Shown: positions 18,221-27,273 of the stretch, in pieces
Numbering within the stretch: the first letter of the stretch is position 1
Layout: each line of letters starts with the position of its first letter
Assembly: GCA_024742285.1 (NCBI GenBank)
Contig: JANSYR010000003.1
Coordinates: 381,657-445,656 of the forward strand
Reading direction: 5' to 3'
DNA length: 64,000 bases
Source: a bacterium
GTDB lineage: Bacteria > Myxococcota_A > UBA9160 > UBA4427
Notes under the pieces: generated by a model
Seen by the model: the letters and a program-made list of their open reading frames with translations, nothing else
Databases searched by the model: none
What the model was told of the DNA's origin: nothing
Position numbers and translations under genes: made by a program

Positions 18221-18931
18221 TCAACGGCGCCGGCGACGCACGGCCGAGAGGGCGAGCGTGCCGAACGCGAGTCCCGTGCCCAGGCCGGGCTCCGGGACCT
18301 CCGTCGTGAGAATGAGGTTGGCCTTCAGCGAGTCCGGGATCGACGGGTCCGCCTCGAGCGAGTGCATGCCGAAGCCGCGTCCCTGGTCGTTCGTGATCGC
18401 GACGCCGTAGTTCGGTGCACCGTTGTAGATCCAGTCGAAGACGACGGGCCAGGCGTCGCAGAGGACCGAGCCGAGGGTCGTAATGTTCGTGATGCTGTCG
18501 AAGGCGGGGTCGAAATCGGGCTTGTTGATCCAGTTGAGCGTCGTCTGGTTCCAATCCTCGGTGATCCGATGGCAGTTGAGGTCGGCGGGGTCCGTCGAAG
18601 GGTCTCCGAAGCCCGTGTTCTCGATGTCCCAGGTCACGAGGACTTCGGCGTCCACGAGGACGTGGCCCGCCGGAATGTCCGACAGGTCCACGTCGAACCA
18701 GAGGAAGGTCTCGAGCTGGTGCTGCGAACCGCCTTCCTCGTCCTCGCCTCGGAGCGCCCAGACCGATGGGTTGTTGAAGCGGATCAGGCTCGGCAGGAAG
18801 GAGTACGGCGCCGTGTCCTCGCTGACGAGGATCGGGATGACGTCGGCCCGCGCGGGCGGGGCGAGCGAGAGGAGAGGGGCCGCGATCAGGACGAGCGCGG
18901 CGAGCGCGTGAGCGATTCTGCGATTCATCAT
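18221..18931 (-). CDS. Secreted PEP-CTERM (VPEPG) sorting-domain protein
   Basis: 236 aa starting at MMNRRIAH, internal to ORF 18221..20116. Signal peptide, then the C-terminus TTEVPEPGLGTGLAFGTLALSAVRRRRR (PEP motif + TM + basic tail). Confidence 0.85.
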   Translation of the reverse strand: MMNRRIAHALAALVLIAAPLLSLAPPARADVIPILVSEDTAPYSFLPSLIRFNNPSVWALRGEDEEGGSQHQLETFLWFDVDLSDIPAGHVLVDAEVLVTWDIENTGFGDPSTDPADLNCHRITEDWNQTTLNWINKPDFDPAFDSITNITTLGSVLCDAWPVVFDWIYNGAPNYGVAITNDQGRGFGMHSLEADPSIPDSLKANLILTTEVPEPGLGTGLAFGTLALSAVRRRRR

Positions 18932-19008
18932 GGCATGTCCTTGGAGAGCGTTGGGTGCGCTGGCGGCGGCTGACGCGATTGGGTGCGATGCGACGGTCGA
19001 GGGACTGG

Positions 19009-21144
19009 CTAGGGCCAGCGCGCCTCCACGCCGCCGACGAAGGAGCGCCCGCGGACCCGGTAGGAGTCCACGACGCGGTTGTCGTTCAGGTTGTTGCCCT
19101 GGAAGAAGAGTCGGATGTCCGCCCCCAGGAGCGGCTCGAGGTCCTGGTTGATCCGAGCGTCGCAATCGAACGAGTCGCGCGACTTGTCGGTCGTGGTGAA
19201 GCTCGGCAGGCCCGTACCCGTGCCCTCGACGAAAGCGCGGTCCCGCCAGCTCGCGCGGACCGTGAGGCTCGTCCCGATCTTCTTCGCGCGAAGGATCAGC
19301 TTGCCGTTCGCGATGTGGCGAGGGGAGTTCGGGAGCTCGTCGAGAATCAGCGTGTCCGACTTGATGTCGGTCTGGAGCCACGTGTAGCCGAGGTTCAGCT
19401 CGACCCATTCCCACGGTCGGATCTCGACGCGGGCCTCGGCGCCCCAGGTGCGCAGCCGGTCGAGGTTGCTCCGCTCGAAGACGTTCCTCCGGATCGGCAC
19501 GATCTCGTCGGTACAGCGCACGCCGAAGAGCGCGCACTGAATCGGGTCCGCGGCGCGGAACGCCTCCCGGACGATGACCTGTCGCCCCTGGAAGGACGAT
19601 CGGATGCTGTCGTCGACTTCGTTGAAGAACCCCGAAACCGTTCCGGAGATCCAGCGCTTCGGATTGGCTTCGACGCTCGCGCGCACGGCCCAGGTCGTCT
19701 CCTGCTTCAAGCTCGAGTTTCCGGCGAGGAAGTAGCTGCCGCCGCCCTGGGGCACGGGCGGTTGGTAGAGGTCCCGAAGCGAGGGGTAGAGCGCGGCGCG
19801 CCCCGCGGAGACTCGAAGCTTGATCGCGCGTTCCGCGTCGAACCTGTATGGCGTGTAGAGAATCGCCATCTGCGGGAGCAGCTCCGGCTTGAACTGCGAG
19901 TTCATCTCGTAGCGGAGCCCGCCCTCGATCGAGAAGTTTTCGGTGAACTCCGACTCGGTCACGATGAAGAAGCCCGCCTGACCGTATCGACGGGCGACGT
20001 CCTCGATCATGAAATCGGGGTTCTCGATCGTGTCGGGGACCGGGCCCTCGTCGAGGTTGATCCCGTTCGCCAACAGGTCGGCGCCGACCTCGATCAGGTG
20101 CGTCGTGTCTCCCCACTCGACGTAGGTGCTCGCGCCCAGCTGGACGCGCTCGCTGTCGTCCCGCAGCTCGAACTCGCGACCCGTCGTCGTGTCGAGCGTC
20201 CAGTGGAAGATCGTGACCTTTGCGTAGAGCTCGGTCGCGTCGCTCACGGCGACCTTCGTTTCGACGTTGGCGAGGAATCGCTCCTGCTCGGCCCGCGAGT
20301 CGATCTCGCCGTCGTCGATCGCGAAGCCTTCGTTTCGCTTCACGTAGCCGAATCGGGCGACGAGCTCGGAGTTCTCACTCGGTCGGCCCGCGATCGTCGT
20401 GTAGACGTCGGTCTTCTTCTGGAAAGAGCCCTCTCCGAAAGTCAGCTGAATTCCATCTTGCGGGTCCGTGCTGCCGGGGAAGGGATCGCGGAAGCCGCCG
20501 AAGCGGTTGTAGTCGGCGATCACGCTCGCGCCCCAGTTCGGCCCGCCATACGCGCCGCTCCCGCCCATGCGCATCCGGCGCTGGTCGCCACCCGCGAAGG
20601 TGGCACCGACCCGCCAGCCGTCGGTCGGCGGCGGCTTGGTCACGAAGTTGATCACGCCGCCGCCGGCCCGGGCCGTGTAGCGGAGCGCCTGCGGTCCGCG
20701 GAGGATCTCGATCTTCTCGAGGTCGAAGAAGAGGAGGTCGCCGAGGTCGGCCGCTTCCTGGTTCTCACCGGAATAGCGCTGGCCATTCACCAGCAGCTCC
20801 GTGTACTCCGGCGGCAGGCCGTCGATCGAGACTGCACCCTGCTGGCCCTGGACCCGCGCCTGGATACGGATGCCCGGGATCGCGTCGAGGGCTTCGATCG
20901 GGGTGGTCGCAGGAAGGTCGGCGATGTCCTCCTCGGTCAGGACTTCGGTCTCGACCGGCGTGTCCTGGTAGAGCTCGGCCGGTCGGATCACCGAGTCGGT
21001 CACGAAGATGGTCTCGGCTTCCAGGATCTCACCCGAGTCCGAGCGATCCCGTTCCGGCTCCTCGTCGGCGTGCGAGGACAGGGGGGCGAGCAAGCTGAGG
21101 GCGGTGAAGAAGGCCATGTAGAAGGCCACGCGAGCGCGAATCAA
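19009..21144 (-). CDS. TonB-dependent outer-membrane receptor (heme/iron context)
   Basis: 711 aa. Signal peptide, plug motifs (IEALDAIPGIRIQ, IEILRGPQALRY, GGVINFVTKPP) and a long beta-barrel. Heme specificity is inferred only from the neighbours hemP, chuX-like and hmuTUV. Confidence 0.88.
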   Translation of the reverse strand: MIRARVAFYMAFFTALSLLAPLSSHADEEPERDRSDSGEILEAETIFVTDSVIRPAELYQDTPVETEVLTEEDIADLPATTPIEALDAIPGIRIQARVQGQQGAVSIDGLPPEYTELLVNGQRYSGENQEAADLGDLLFFDLEKIEILRGPQALRYTARAGGGVINFVTKPPPTDGWRVGATFAGGDQRRMRMGGSGAYGGPNWGASVIADYNRFGGFRDPFPGSTDPQDGIQLTFGEGSFQKKTDVYTTIAGRPSENSELVARFGYVKRNEGFAIDDGEIDSRAEQERFLANVETKVAVSDATELYAKVTIFHWTLDTTTGREFELRDDSERVQLGASTYVEWGDTTHLIEVGADLLANGINLDEGPVPDTIENPDFMIEDVARRYGQAGFFIVTESEFTENFSIEGGLRYEMNSQFKPELLPQMAILYTPYRFDAERAIKLRVSAGRAALYPSLRDLYQPPVPQGGGSYFLAGNSSLKQETTWAVRASVEANPKRWISGTVSGFFNEVDDSIRSSFQGRQVIVREAFRAADPIQCALFGVRCTDEIVPIRRNVFERSNLDRLRTWGAEARVEIRPWEWVELNLGYTWLQTDIKSDTLILDELPNSPRHIANGKLILRAKKIGTSLTVRASWRDRAFVEGTGTGLPSFTTTDKSRDSFDCDARINQDLEPLLGADIRLFFQGNNLNDNRVVDSYRVRGRSFVGGVEARWP

Positions 21145-21252
21145 GGGGGTTTTCCGGATCGGTTCCCTGTGGGGGTGAGCCGAGGTCGGTCCTGGCGGCC
21201 CGCGGCGGGCCTGCTTGGGGCTCGAAATCGAGCGAACGGCATTCTAAAGAAC

Positions 21253-21269
21253 TTGAAATTCATTTTCAA
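21253..21269. promoter_or_regulatory. AT-rich palindromic operator candidate in a divergent promoter (iron-responsive regulator site?)
   Basis: TTGAAAttcatTTTCAA lies inside the only AT-rich patch (21241-21280) of the 300-bp region between the TBDR and the chuX-like gene. It is a poor match to the classical E. coli Fur box. It does contain TGA-N9-TCA and an adjacent TTCTAAA half-site. Confidence 0.35.
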
Positions 21270-21445
21270 TATGGTTCAATGCGCCTCGCCGGAGACACCC
21301 TTCCGGGGAGAGACGCCGGTCAGGCCGGCTCGCCCACCCTCCGCCCGGCCATCGCATTCACGACGCGCGGGGACACCACCCCAGCCATTCGAAAACCTGA
21401 AGGAGCCCGCCCGCCCGAGGGTCGGCTCCGCCTGGAGACCCCGAG

Positions 21446-21862
21446 ATGGCCGAGTCGGCCCCCCACGACTGGACCGCGACACGTTTCTTCGACCTTCTCC
21501 AGAAGCTCGGGCGCCTGCGCGTGATCTCCGTCTGCGGCCCGAGCGTCTTCGAGGCGATCTGCGAGGCGGGTCCCTACGACGTCCAGGGCGGCTCGATCAA
21601 CATGGTCACGCCCGATTTCCACTGGCATTTCGCCCACGCGCGCCTCGGCTTCCTCCAGTCGCACGACACGACCCACGCGCGCTCGGGCCGGCGGGTCCTC
21701 TTCTTCTCGCTTCACGAGACACAGGACGACGCACCCTTTCTTCGCATCTACGTCTATCGCCCGCCGAACGAAGAGTTCGACCCGGCAGTGATCGACGTCT
21801 TCCAGGCCGCCCACGCCGAGCTCGAATCCGGTCTCGCGGTGGGTGCCGAGGAGAGCTCGTGA
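21446..21862 (+). CDS. ChuX/HutX/HemS-domain-like cytoplasmic heme utilisation protein
   Basis: 138 aa. SD GGAGA. The pattern GRLRVISVCGPSVFEA...RRVLFFSLHETQDDAPFLRIYVYRPPNEEFDPAVIDVFQA resembles HutX/ChuX as I recall them. First gene of the hmuTUV operon. Confidence 0.6.
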   Translation: MAESAPHDWTATRFFDLLQKLGRLRVISVCGPSVFEAICEAGPYDVQGGSINMVTPDFHWHFAHARLGFLQSHDTTHARSGRRVLFFSLHETQDDAPFLRIYVYRPPNEEFDPAVIDVFQAAHAELESGLAVGAEESS

Positions 21863-22761
21863 GCTCCTTCCGAACCATTCGTCGACGCCGCTGCCTTGCT
21901 CTGGCCCTCTCCGTGGCCGTCGGATGTCTCGCCGCGCCGATCGCCGCGCTCGCAGACGCGCCCGCCGAACGCCTGCGCGTGGCGACGCTCCTCCCCTTCG
22001 TCGAGGACGCCGTGCGGATCGCGTCCGACCGCGCGGTGGTCGTGGCGAGCGTTCGGCGAAGCGTCCACTCACCCCTCGCCGAGGGCGTGATCGATCTAGG
22101 CAATCCGCACGGTCCCAACATGGAGAAGCTCGCCGAAGCGCGACCGGACGTCGTGATCGGCGACGCGAGTGTCCATGCCCGGTTCGCCTCGGCGCTCTCG
22201 GGTTCGGGGGCGAAGCTGTTGATGCTCGAGACGTCGGGCGTGGATTCGACGCTCGAGGCCCTCTCACGGGTCTCCGAAGCGATCGGCGGCAGCGCGGCGC
22301 TCGACGAGAAGATCGACGCGGCCCGCGACGAGATCGCGAGACTCTCGGTGGACGGGAAGCCGAAGATCCTGACCCTCTTCGGGTCACCGGGCACGTTCTA
22401 CGTGATGACCGATCGGGCCTGGCTCGGCGATCTCGCGAAGAGCGTGGGCTTCGAGGCCACGGTGTCCGACGGCGGGAACGAGCGATTCCCGGGCCTCGTC
22501 CCGGTCTCCGACGAGATCATGGCGATCGCCCGCCCCGACCTCGTGCTCCTGATCGCGCACGGCAACCCCACCCAGATCCGCGCCGAGCTCGATCGCCGCG
22601 TCGAGCGCGGCGGACCCTGGGCCGGGCTCGCGAAGGCTCGGCTCGGCGTGCACGTGCTCGATCCGATGCTCTTCAGTGCGAACCCGGGTCTGGCGCTGAC
22701 CGAGGCGGCGAAGGAACTCGTCCGGCTCGGGACCGAGACGCAGGGGGTGGGCGCTCAGTGA
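21859..22761 (+). CDS. hmuT: Heme/iron-complex ABC transporter periplasmic binding protein (HmuT/FecB type)
   Basis: 300 aa. GTG overlaps the upstream stop (GTGA). In frame with the tail of ORF 18955..22761. Signal peptide LALALSVAVGCLAAPIAALA and a Peripla_BP_2-like sequence. Confidence 0.8.
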   Translation: MSSFRTIRRRRCLALALSVAVGCLAAPIAALADAPAERLRVATLLPFVEDAVRIASDRAVVVASVRRSVHSPLAEGVIDLGNPHGPNMEKLAEARPDVVIGDASVHARFASALSGSGAKLLMLETSGVDSTLEALSRVSEAIGGSAALDEKIDAARDEIARLSVDGKPKILTLFGSPGTFYVMTDRAWLGDLAKSVGFEATVSDGGNERFPGLVPVSDEIMAIARPDLVLLIAHGNPTQIRAELDRRVERGGPWAGLAKARLGVHVLDPMLFSANPGLALTEAAKELVRLGTETQGVGAQ

Positions 22762-23780
22762 ACGCGCTGGTCTGGCAGGTCCGCTCTCGCGCCGAGCTGC
22801 TCTTCGAGCAGCCGATGGCGTGGACCGTCGTGACGGGCATCGCACTCCTCGTGGCGGGGGCCCTCGCGACCGCCCAGGGCGCCGTCGATCTGTCGATGCT
22901 CCAGCTGCCCGCCTCGATCCTCGACGCCGATCATCCCTTCCACGGCGTGATCTGGGACGTGCGTCTACCCCGCGTCGCCTGCGGCGCGCTCGTCGGTCTC
23001 GACCTCGCGCTGGCCGGGGCACTGCTCCAGACGACGGTCCGGAATCCGCTCGCCGATCCCGGGATCCTCGGGGTGACGGCCGGAGCCGGCGTGGGCGCGC
23101 TTGCCGTGATCTTGTTCCTACCGGGGCAGGGCGACCTCGTGCCGTGGGCCGGCTTCGTGGGTGCCGTCGCGACGATCGTCGTGCTGCTGGGTCTCGCCGC
23201 GACGAAGGATGGACAGACTGGCGCGCTCCGGATCGTGCTCTCCGGCGTCGCGCTGCAAGCGCTGCTCTTCGCCGTCATCTCCCTGATGACGTACATCTAC
23301 GCCGATCGCGCGCCGGCCTTCACCGCCTACGTGGTTGGCTCGTTGAACGGGCTCGGCTGGACCGACGTACAGCGCATGATCCTTCCCACAGTCGTCGGTC
23401 TGGTCGCCGTCGTCGCCTATCAGCGCACGCTGAACCTGCTCCTCCTGGACGACAGCGCGGCCAGCGGCGTCGGCGTGCCGGTGGTCCAGGCCCGCCTCGG
23501 CGCAGCGGTCGTCGCCGCGCTCCTGACCGCAGCGGCCGTGAGCGCCGCGGGCCTGATCGGGTTCGTCGGCCTCGTCGTGCCGAACGCGATCCGGCTGCTC
23601 GTGGGTCCGGAACACAAGGCGCTCCTGCCCGCGACCGCGCTCGGCGGGGCCGCGCTGGTGATCTTCGCGGATCTCATCGCACGGACCGCGCTCTCGCCCC
23701 TCGAGCTGCCCGTCGGTGCGCTGCTCTCGATGGTCGGTGGGCCCTATTTCCTCTACCTGCTCTGGAAGAAGCTGCCGTGA
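22758..23780 (+). CDS. hmuU: Heme/iron-complex ABC transporter permease (FecCD family)
   Basis: 340 aa. GTGA overlap with hmuT. FecCD hallmarks RLPRVACGALVGLDLALAGALLQTTVRNPLADPGILGV and a C-terminal GGPYFLYLL. Confidence 0.88.
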   Translation: MNALVWQVRSRAELLFEQPMAWTVVTGIALLVAGALATAQGAVDLSMLQLPASILDADHPFHGVIWDVRLPRVACGALVGLDLALAGALLQTTVRNPLADPGILGVTAGAGVGALAVILFLPGQGDLVPWAGFVGAVATIVVLLGLAATKDGQTGALRIVLSGVALQALLFAVISLMTYIYADRAPAFTAYVVGSLNGLGWTDVQRMILPTVVGLVAVVAYQRTLNLLLLDDSAASGVGVPVVQARLGAAVVAALLTAAAVSAAGLIGFVGLVVPNAIRLLVGPEHKALLPATALGGAALVIFADLIARTALSPLELPVGALLSMVGGPYFLYLLWKKLP

Positions 23781-24610
23781 GTGCTGCCGCCGTCGAGAGC
23801 CGCGAGCCGGCCATCGCGATCGAAGCGAAGCGACTCCACGTCCGTCATCCGGGCGTCGACCGCGACGTACTGCGGGATGCATCCCTCAAGATCCGGGAGG
23901 GAGAGATCCTGGCGTTGGTCGGGCCGAACGGCTCCGGCAAATCGACGCTGATCCGCGCACTCGGTCGCGACCTCGATCCCCGACGGGGAGAGATCGAAGT
24001 CGAAGGCGAGCCGCTCTCGAACTACGCCCGACGCCGTCTCGCGCGTCGCGTCGCGCGTCTGCCGCAGGATCCGACGACGCCCGAGGGCCTGACCGTCGAG
24101 GCGCTCGTGGAGTGTGGTCGCCATCCGCACGTCGGCTCGTTCGGCCGCCTCGGAAGCCGGGACCTGGCGATCGTCGCCGAGGCGCTCGAGGCGGTCGAGA
24201 TCGCCGACTTCCGGACACGACCGCTCGAGACGCTCTCCGGCGGCGAGCGGCGTCGGGCCTGGATTGCGATGGCGATCGCGCAGGAGCCCCGGGTGCTCCT
24301 GCTCGACGAGCCGACCACGGCCCTGGATCTTCGACACCAGTTCGAGCTCCTCGACCTGCTCGTCCGTCTCAACCGGGAGCGGGGCACGACGATCGTTCTC
24401 TCGATCCACGATCTCGAGCACGCGGCCCACGTCGCCGATCGGGTCGCCGTCTTGAGCCGCGGGCGCGTCTACGCAGTCGGGCCGCCGGCGCAGGTCCTCT
24501 CTGAGGAGACCCTGCTCGACGTCTTCCGGGTCGAGTCGAAGATCTCGGACGAGGACGGCGACCTCACCCTACGCATCCTCGGACCGGGCGACCCGATCCG
24601 GAATTTCTGA
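23777..24610 (+). CDS. hmuV: Heme/iron-complex ABC transporter ATPase
   Basis: 277 aa. GTGA overlap with hmuU. Walker A GPNGSGKST, signature LSGGERRR, Walker B LLLDEP. Confidence 0.88.
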   Translation: MSAAAVESREPAIAIEAKRLHVRHPGVDRDVLRDASLKIREGEILALVGPNGSGKSTLIRALGRDLDPRRGEIEVEGEPLSNYARRRLARRVARLPQDPTTPEGLTVEALVECGRHPHVGSFGRLGSRDLAIVAEALEAVEIADFRTRPLETLSGGERRRAWIAMAIAQEPRVLLLDEPTTALDLRHQFELLDLLVRLNRERGTTIVLSIHDLEHAAHVADRVAVLSRGRVYAVGPPAQVLSEETLLDVFRVESKISDEDGDLTLRILGPGDPIRNF

Positions 24611-24658
24611 GAACCCGCCCGCTCCCACCCCGGGAGCGGACCGAATGGAGAAACGTAC

Positions 24659-25282
24659 ATGTCGACCGAAGCGACGCCGCTGCCCAAGGAGTTCCTGAAC
24701 TGGCAGGTGACTCTGCGGCATTTCACGATGACCGATCGGAACGGCGCGCCGCACATCGGCGTGGTGCCGACCGTGACCGTCAAGCGTCCCGGCGCGCACC
24801 TCGGCGTGATCCAGCACAGCATCGTCTGCGGTCTGCTTCCGCACGATCGTCTCCGCGCGGCGAAGACCCGGGAGTTTCGAGATCTGTACGAGAGCCACAT
24901 CGAGAACGGCGCCCGAGCGGTCTACGACGTCGGCGTGGAGTACCTGCTCGACTACTACGTCTCGAGTGACGACTTCGATCCGGGGAGTGTCACGTCCCTC
25001 GTTCCCGAAGACTGCGCCCTCGTCGACGCCCTCAAGGCCGAGCCGAAGTGCACGCTCTCGTTCAACGTGTTCAACACGGAGGAGCCGCAGGCGATCGGCG
25101 GCCCGCGTTGTCAGCAAATCGACTGCGTCGTCGAGGTCCTCTCCGAGGGAGAGGTCTACGACAACGTCTGGTGGCACAACACCCTCTTTCACGGAATGGC
25201 GGACGAGCACGTCGTCCTCCATTTCAAGCACCAGCGAAGCTGGGATACCCGCTTCGGTGGAATTCAGGCCCTGAGAGGCTGA
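24659..25282 (+). CDS. Uncharacterised 207-aa protein in the heme operon
   Basis: Clean ORF with ATG 48 nt after hmuV. I recognise no family confidently. It looks beta-rich, with a C-terminal CTLSFNVF...IDCVVEVLSEGEVYDNVWWHNTLFHG...VVLHFKHQRSWDTRFG. Confidence 0.7.
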   Translation: MSTEATPLPKEFLNWQVTLRHFTMTDRNGAPHIGVVPTVTVKRPGAHLGVIQHSIVCGLLPHDRLRAAKTREFRDLYESHIENGARAVYDVGVEYLLDYYVSSDDFDPGSVTSLVPEDCALVDALKAEPKCTLSFNVFNTEEPQAIGGPRCQQIDCVVEVLSEGEVYDNVWWHNTLFHGMADEHVVLHFKHQRSWDTRFGGIQALRG

Positions 25283-25381
25283 ATCAGAACTTGCCCGCCA
25301 GCCTGTGTCTTCGATGCCGGCAAGCCAGCGACAAACGAACGCCGACCACAAGGGAGGGTCGGCACCTTGGGAAGACAAAGG

Positions 25382-26086
25382 ATGAGAACGATGCTGAACA
25401 AGATGATGCTGAGCGCTGGTTTCGTGACCCTCGTGGCCATGGCCAGCACGGTCGCCGGTGCGGCCACGGTGCCCTTCGCGGAGTCCTTCGACGCGAATGC
25501 GGACGGCTGGACCGATTCCTCGAACCTGCCGATCACCTGGGTCGCCTCCGGCGGCGCGGACGGCGGCGGCTACGCGTCGACGACGTTCGACTACTCGACC
25601 TTCGTGTCGCCCTTCGGCGGTGGCCCGATCGTCGCGCGAGCGAACGGCGCGAACAATCCGAGCGGCGGCGCCTTCACGGGCGACTGGATCGCCGATGGCG
25701 TCCTGTCGCTCACGGCGAACGTTCGCCACAACTCGGCGGTGCCGCTGTCGTTCTCGACGCGCCTCGCCCCGGCGCTGAACTCGCCCGGGACCAACCTGAT
25801 CGACTTCGTGCCGGTCCTCCCCAACGTCTGGACGGAGGTCACGTTCACGGTGACGACGGCGCCGGGACTCTGCGTCTTCGAGCGCCCCGGTGGTTGTACC
25901 CTCGCCGGCTTCCAGGACGTCGTGAACGTGCAGTTCGCCACGGACGCCCCGGACGGTGCCGGGCTCACCACCCTCGACTTCGACCTGGTCTCGCTGAACC
26001 CGGTTCCCGAGCCGGGCACCGCGATCCTCATGGGTCTCGGTCTGGCGGGTCTTGCGGGCGCGGGCCGCAAGGGGAAGCGAGCCTGA
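25382..26086 (+). CDS. Secreted PEP-CTERM (VPEPG) sorting-domain protein
   Basis: About 234 aa from MRTMLNK (the track ORF starts at 25367 on TTG). Signal peptide ...ASTVAGAA. C-terminus NPVPEPGTAILMGLGLAGLAGAGRKGKRA. Its stop overlaps the exbB ATG (TGATG). Confidence 0.85.
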   Translation: MRTMLNKMMLSAGFVTLVAMASTVAGAATVPFAESFDANADGWTDSSNLPITWVASGGADGGGYASTTFDYSTFVSPFGGGPIVARANGANNPSGGAFTGDWIADGVLSLTANVRHNSAVPLSFSTRLAPALNSPGTNLIDFVPVLPNVWTEVTFTVTTAPGLCVFERPGGCTLAGFQDVVNVQFATDAPDGAGLTTLDFDLVSLNPVPEPGTAILMGLGLAGLAGAGRKGKRA

Positions 26087-26832
26087 TGCAGGATCGCAGG
26101 ATCGTCTCGACTCTTCTGGGAATCGCGATGATCGGAATCGCTTCGGGCCCGGCGCTCGCCGCCGGGCCCGTCGCGGCTCCCACCGTCGACCGGAGTCTCG
26201 CCGACTGGTACGAGATGGGCGGCGCGGCCATGCACGGCCTCGCCCTCTGCTCGGTCCTCGTCGTCGCGCTGATCGGCGAACGTCTCTGGGCCCTGCGCCC
26301 CGGGGCGACCCTGCCGCGGGCGCTCGACGAGCGCGTCCGGGGTGTGATCGACGGGGCCAACCCGCTCGATCTGAAGCGGGACCTCGACGTCGGCGGCTCG
26401 GCCCTCGCGCGGATCGCTGCGCAGGCCCTGCGTCCCGAGGCCACCCTCGAATCGGTGGAGGCCTGCGGCGACGCCGAGGTCCACCGTCTCCAGCGCAATC
26501 TCCCGCTGCTCTCCGCGGTGGGCAACCTGGCCACCATGATCGGCCTGCTCGGCACCGTCATGGGCATGATCGAGGCCTTCGACATGATCACGGTTTCCGG
26601 GACCGGAGACGCGCGGGTCGTCGCGGGCGGCATCTTCCGTGCGCTCGTGACGACTGCCGGTGGCCTCGGCGTCGGAATCGCGGGGCTCGCAGCGCATGCG
26701 CTCCTCAGTCGATGGGCCGACGAGCGCTCCGCGATGCTCGAAGAGCGCGCTGCAGAGCTCTTCGCCTGCATCCACCGGACCGACGCGATCGCTCGGTTCG
26801 AGTTCGATCGCAAGCAGGACGGCCAGGCGTGA
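26086..26832 (+). CDS. exbB: MotA/TolQ/ExbB proton-channel protein
   Basis: 248 aa, in frame with the tail of ORF 25048..26832. Motif LLSAVGNLATMIGLLGTVMGMIEAF...ALVTTAGGLGVGI. Confidence 0.85.
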   Translation: MQDRRIVSTLLGIAMIGIASGPALAAGPVAAPTVDRSLADWYEMGGAAMHGLALCSVLVVALIGERLWALRPGATLPRALDERVRGVIDGANPLDLKRDLDVGGSALARIAAQALRPEATLESVEACGDAEVHRLQRNLPLLSAVGNLATMIGLLGTVMGMIEAFDMITVSGTGDARVVAGGIFRALVTTAGGLGVGIAGLAAHALLSRWADERSAMLEERAAELFACIHRTDAIARFEFDRKQDGQA

Positions 26833-27260
26833 AGTTCGCACGCCGCCAGGACACGTCAGGGGGAACGCCGCTCGCGCCGCTCCTCGACGTGGTGTTCCTG
26901 CTACTGATCTTCTTCGTGGTGACGACCTCGTTCGCCGAGAGTCACCTTCCGCTCGACCTGCCGGAGGCGAGCTCGGGCAAGCCCGGTGAAGAGTCGGCGC
27001 TTCGGATCGAGATCAATGCCGACGGTGGGATCGTCGTCGAGGGCGAAGCGGTCCTGCTCGAAGAGCTGGGACTCCGCCTCGAAGAGGCGCACGCGGAGCA
27101 GCGACCGATCGAGATCCGCGCGGACCGGACGAGCGAACACGGTCGTTTCGTGACCGTACTCGACCTCGCCCGACAGATCGGAATCGAAGCGATCGGGATC
27201 GCGGTCGACGCCGCCGCGACCGTGGAGGTCGCCACGCCCGCGACGCCGCCGGCTGGCTGA
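26829..27260 (+). CDS. exbD: ExbD/TolR biopolymer transport protein
   Basis: 143 aa. GTGA overlap with exbB. Motif PLLDVVFLLLIFFVVTTSF. Confidence 0.85.
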   Translation: MKFARRQDTSGGTPLAPLLDVVFLLLIFFVVTTSFAESHLPLDLPEASSGKPGEESALRIEINADGGIVVEGEAVLLEELGLRLEEAHAEQRPIEIRADRTSEHGRFVTVLDLARQIGIEAIGIAVDAAATVEVATPATPPAG

Positions 27261-27273
27261 CCAGGGCCGCCGA

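Noticed and set aside
18015-18554. 179-aa minus-strand ORF overlapping the hemP region
   Set aside because: Its translation is Arg/Pro-rich nonsense and overlaps the PEP-CTERM gene in another frame. The alternative 54-codon frame gives a clean HemP signature with an SD, so that frame was chosen.
19009-21144. Assigning the TBDR as a heme receptor from FRAP/NPNL-type boxes
   Set aside because: Only weak look-alikes (FRAADP; no clear NPNL) are visible. Heme specificity is therefore stated only as a context-based inference.
21145-21445. Possible cobalamin or other riboswitch in the long leaders of the TBDR / chuX-like operons
   Set aside because: I could not find B12-box-like or other conserved riboswitch core motifs by eye. 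The hemP and ChuX-like context argues for heme rather than B12. An Rfam scan would be needed to be sure.
18955-22761. 1268-aa plus-strand ORF spanning the TBDR region
   Set aside because: Most of it is antisense to the TonB-dependent receptor. Only the final 300 codons (21859..22761) form a credible periplasmic binding protein with a GTGA-coupled start.
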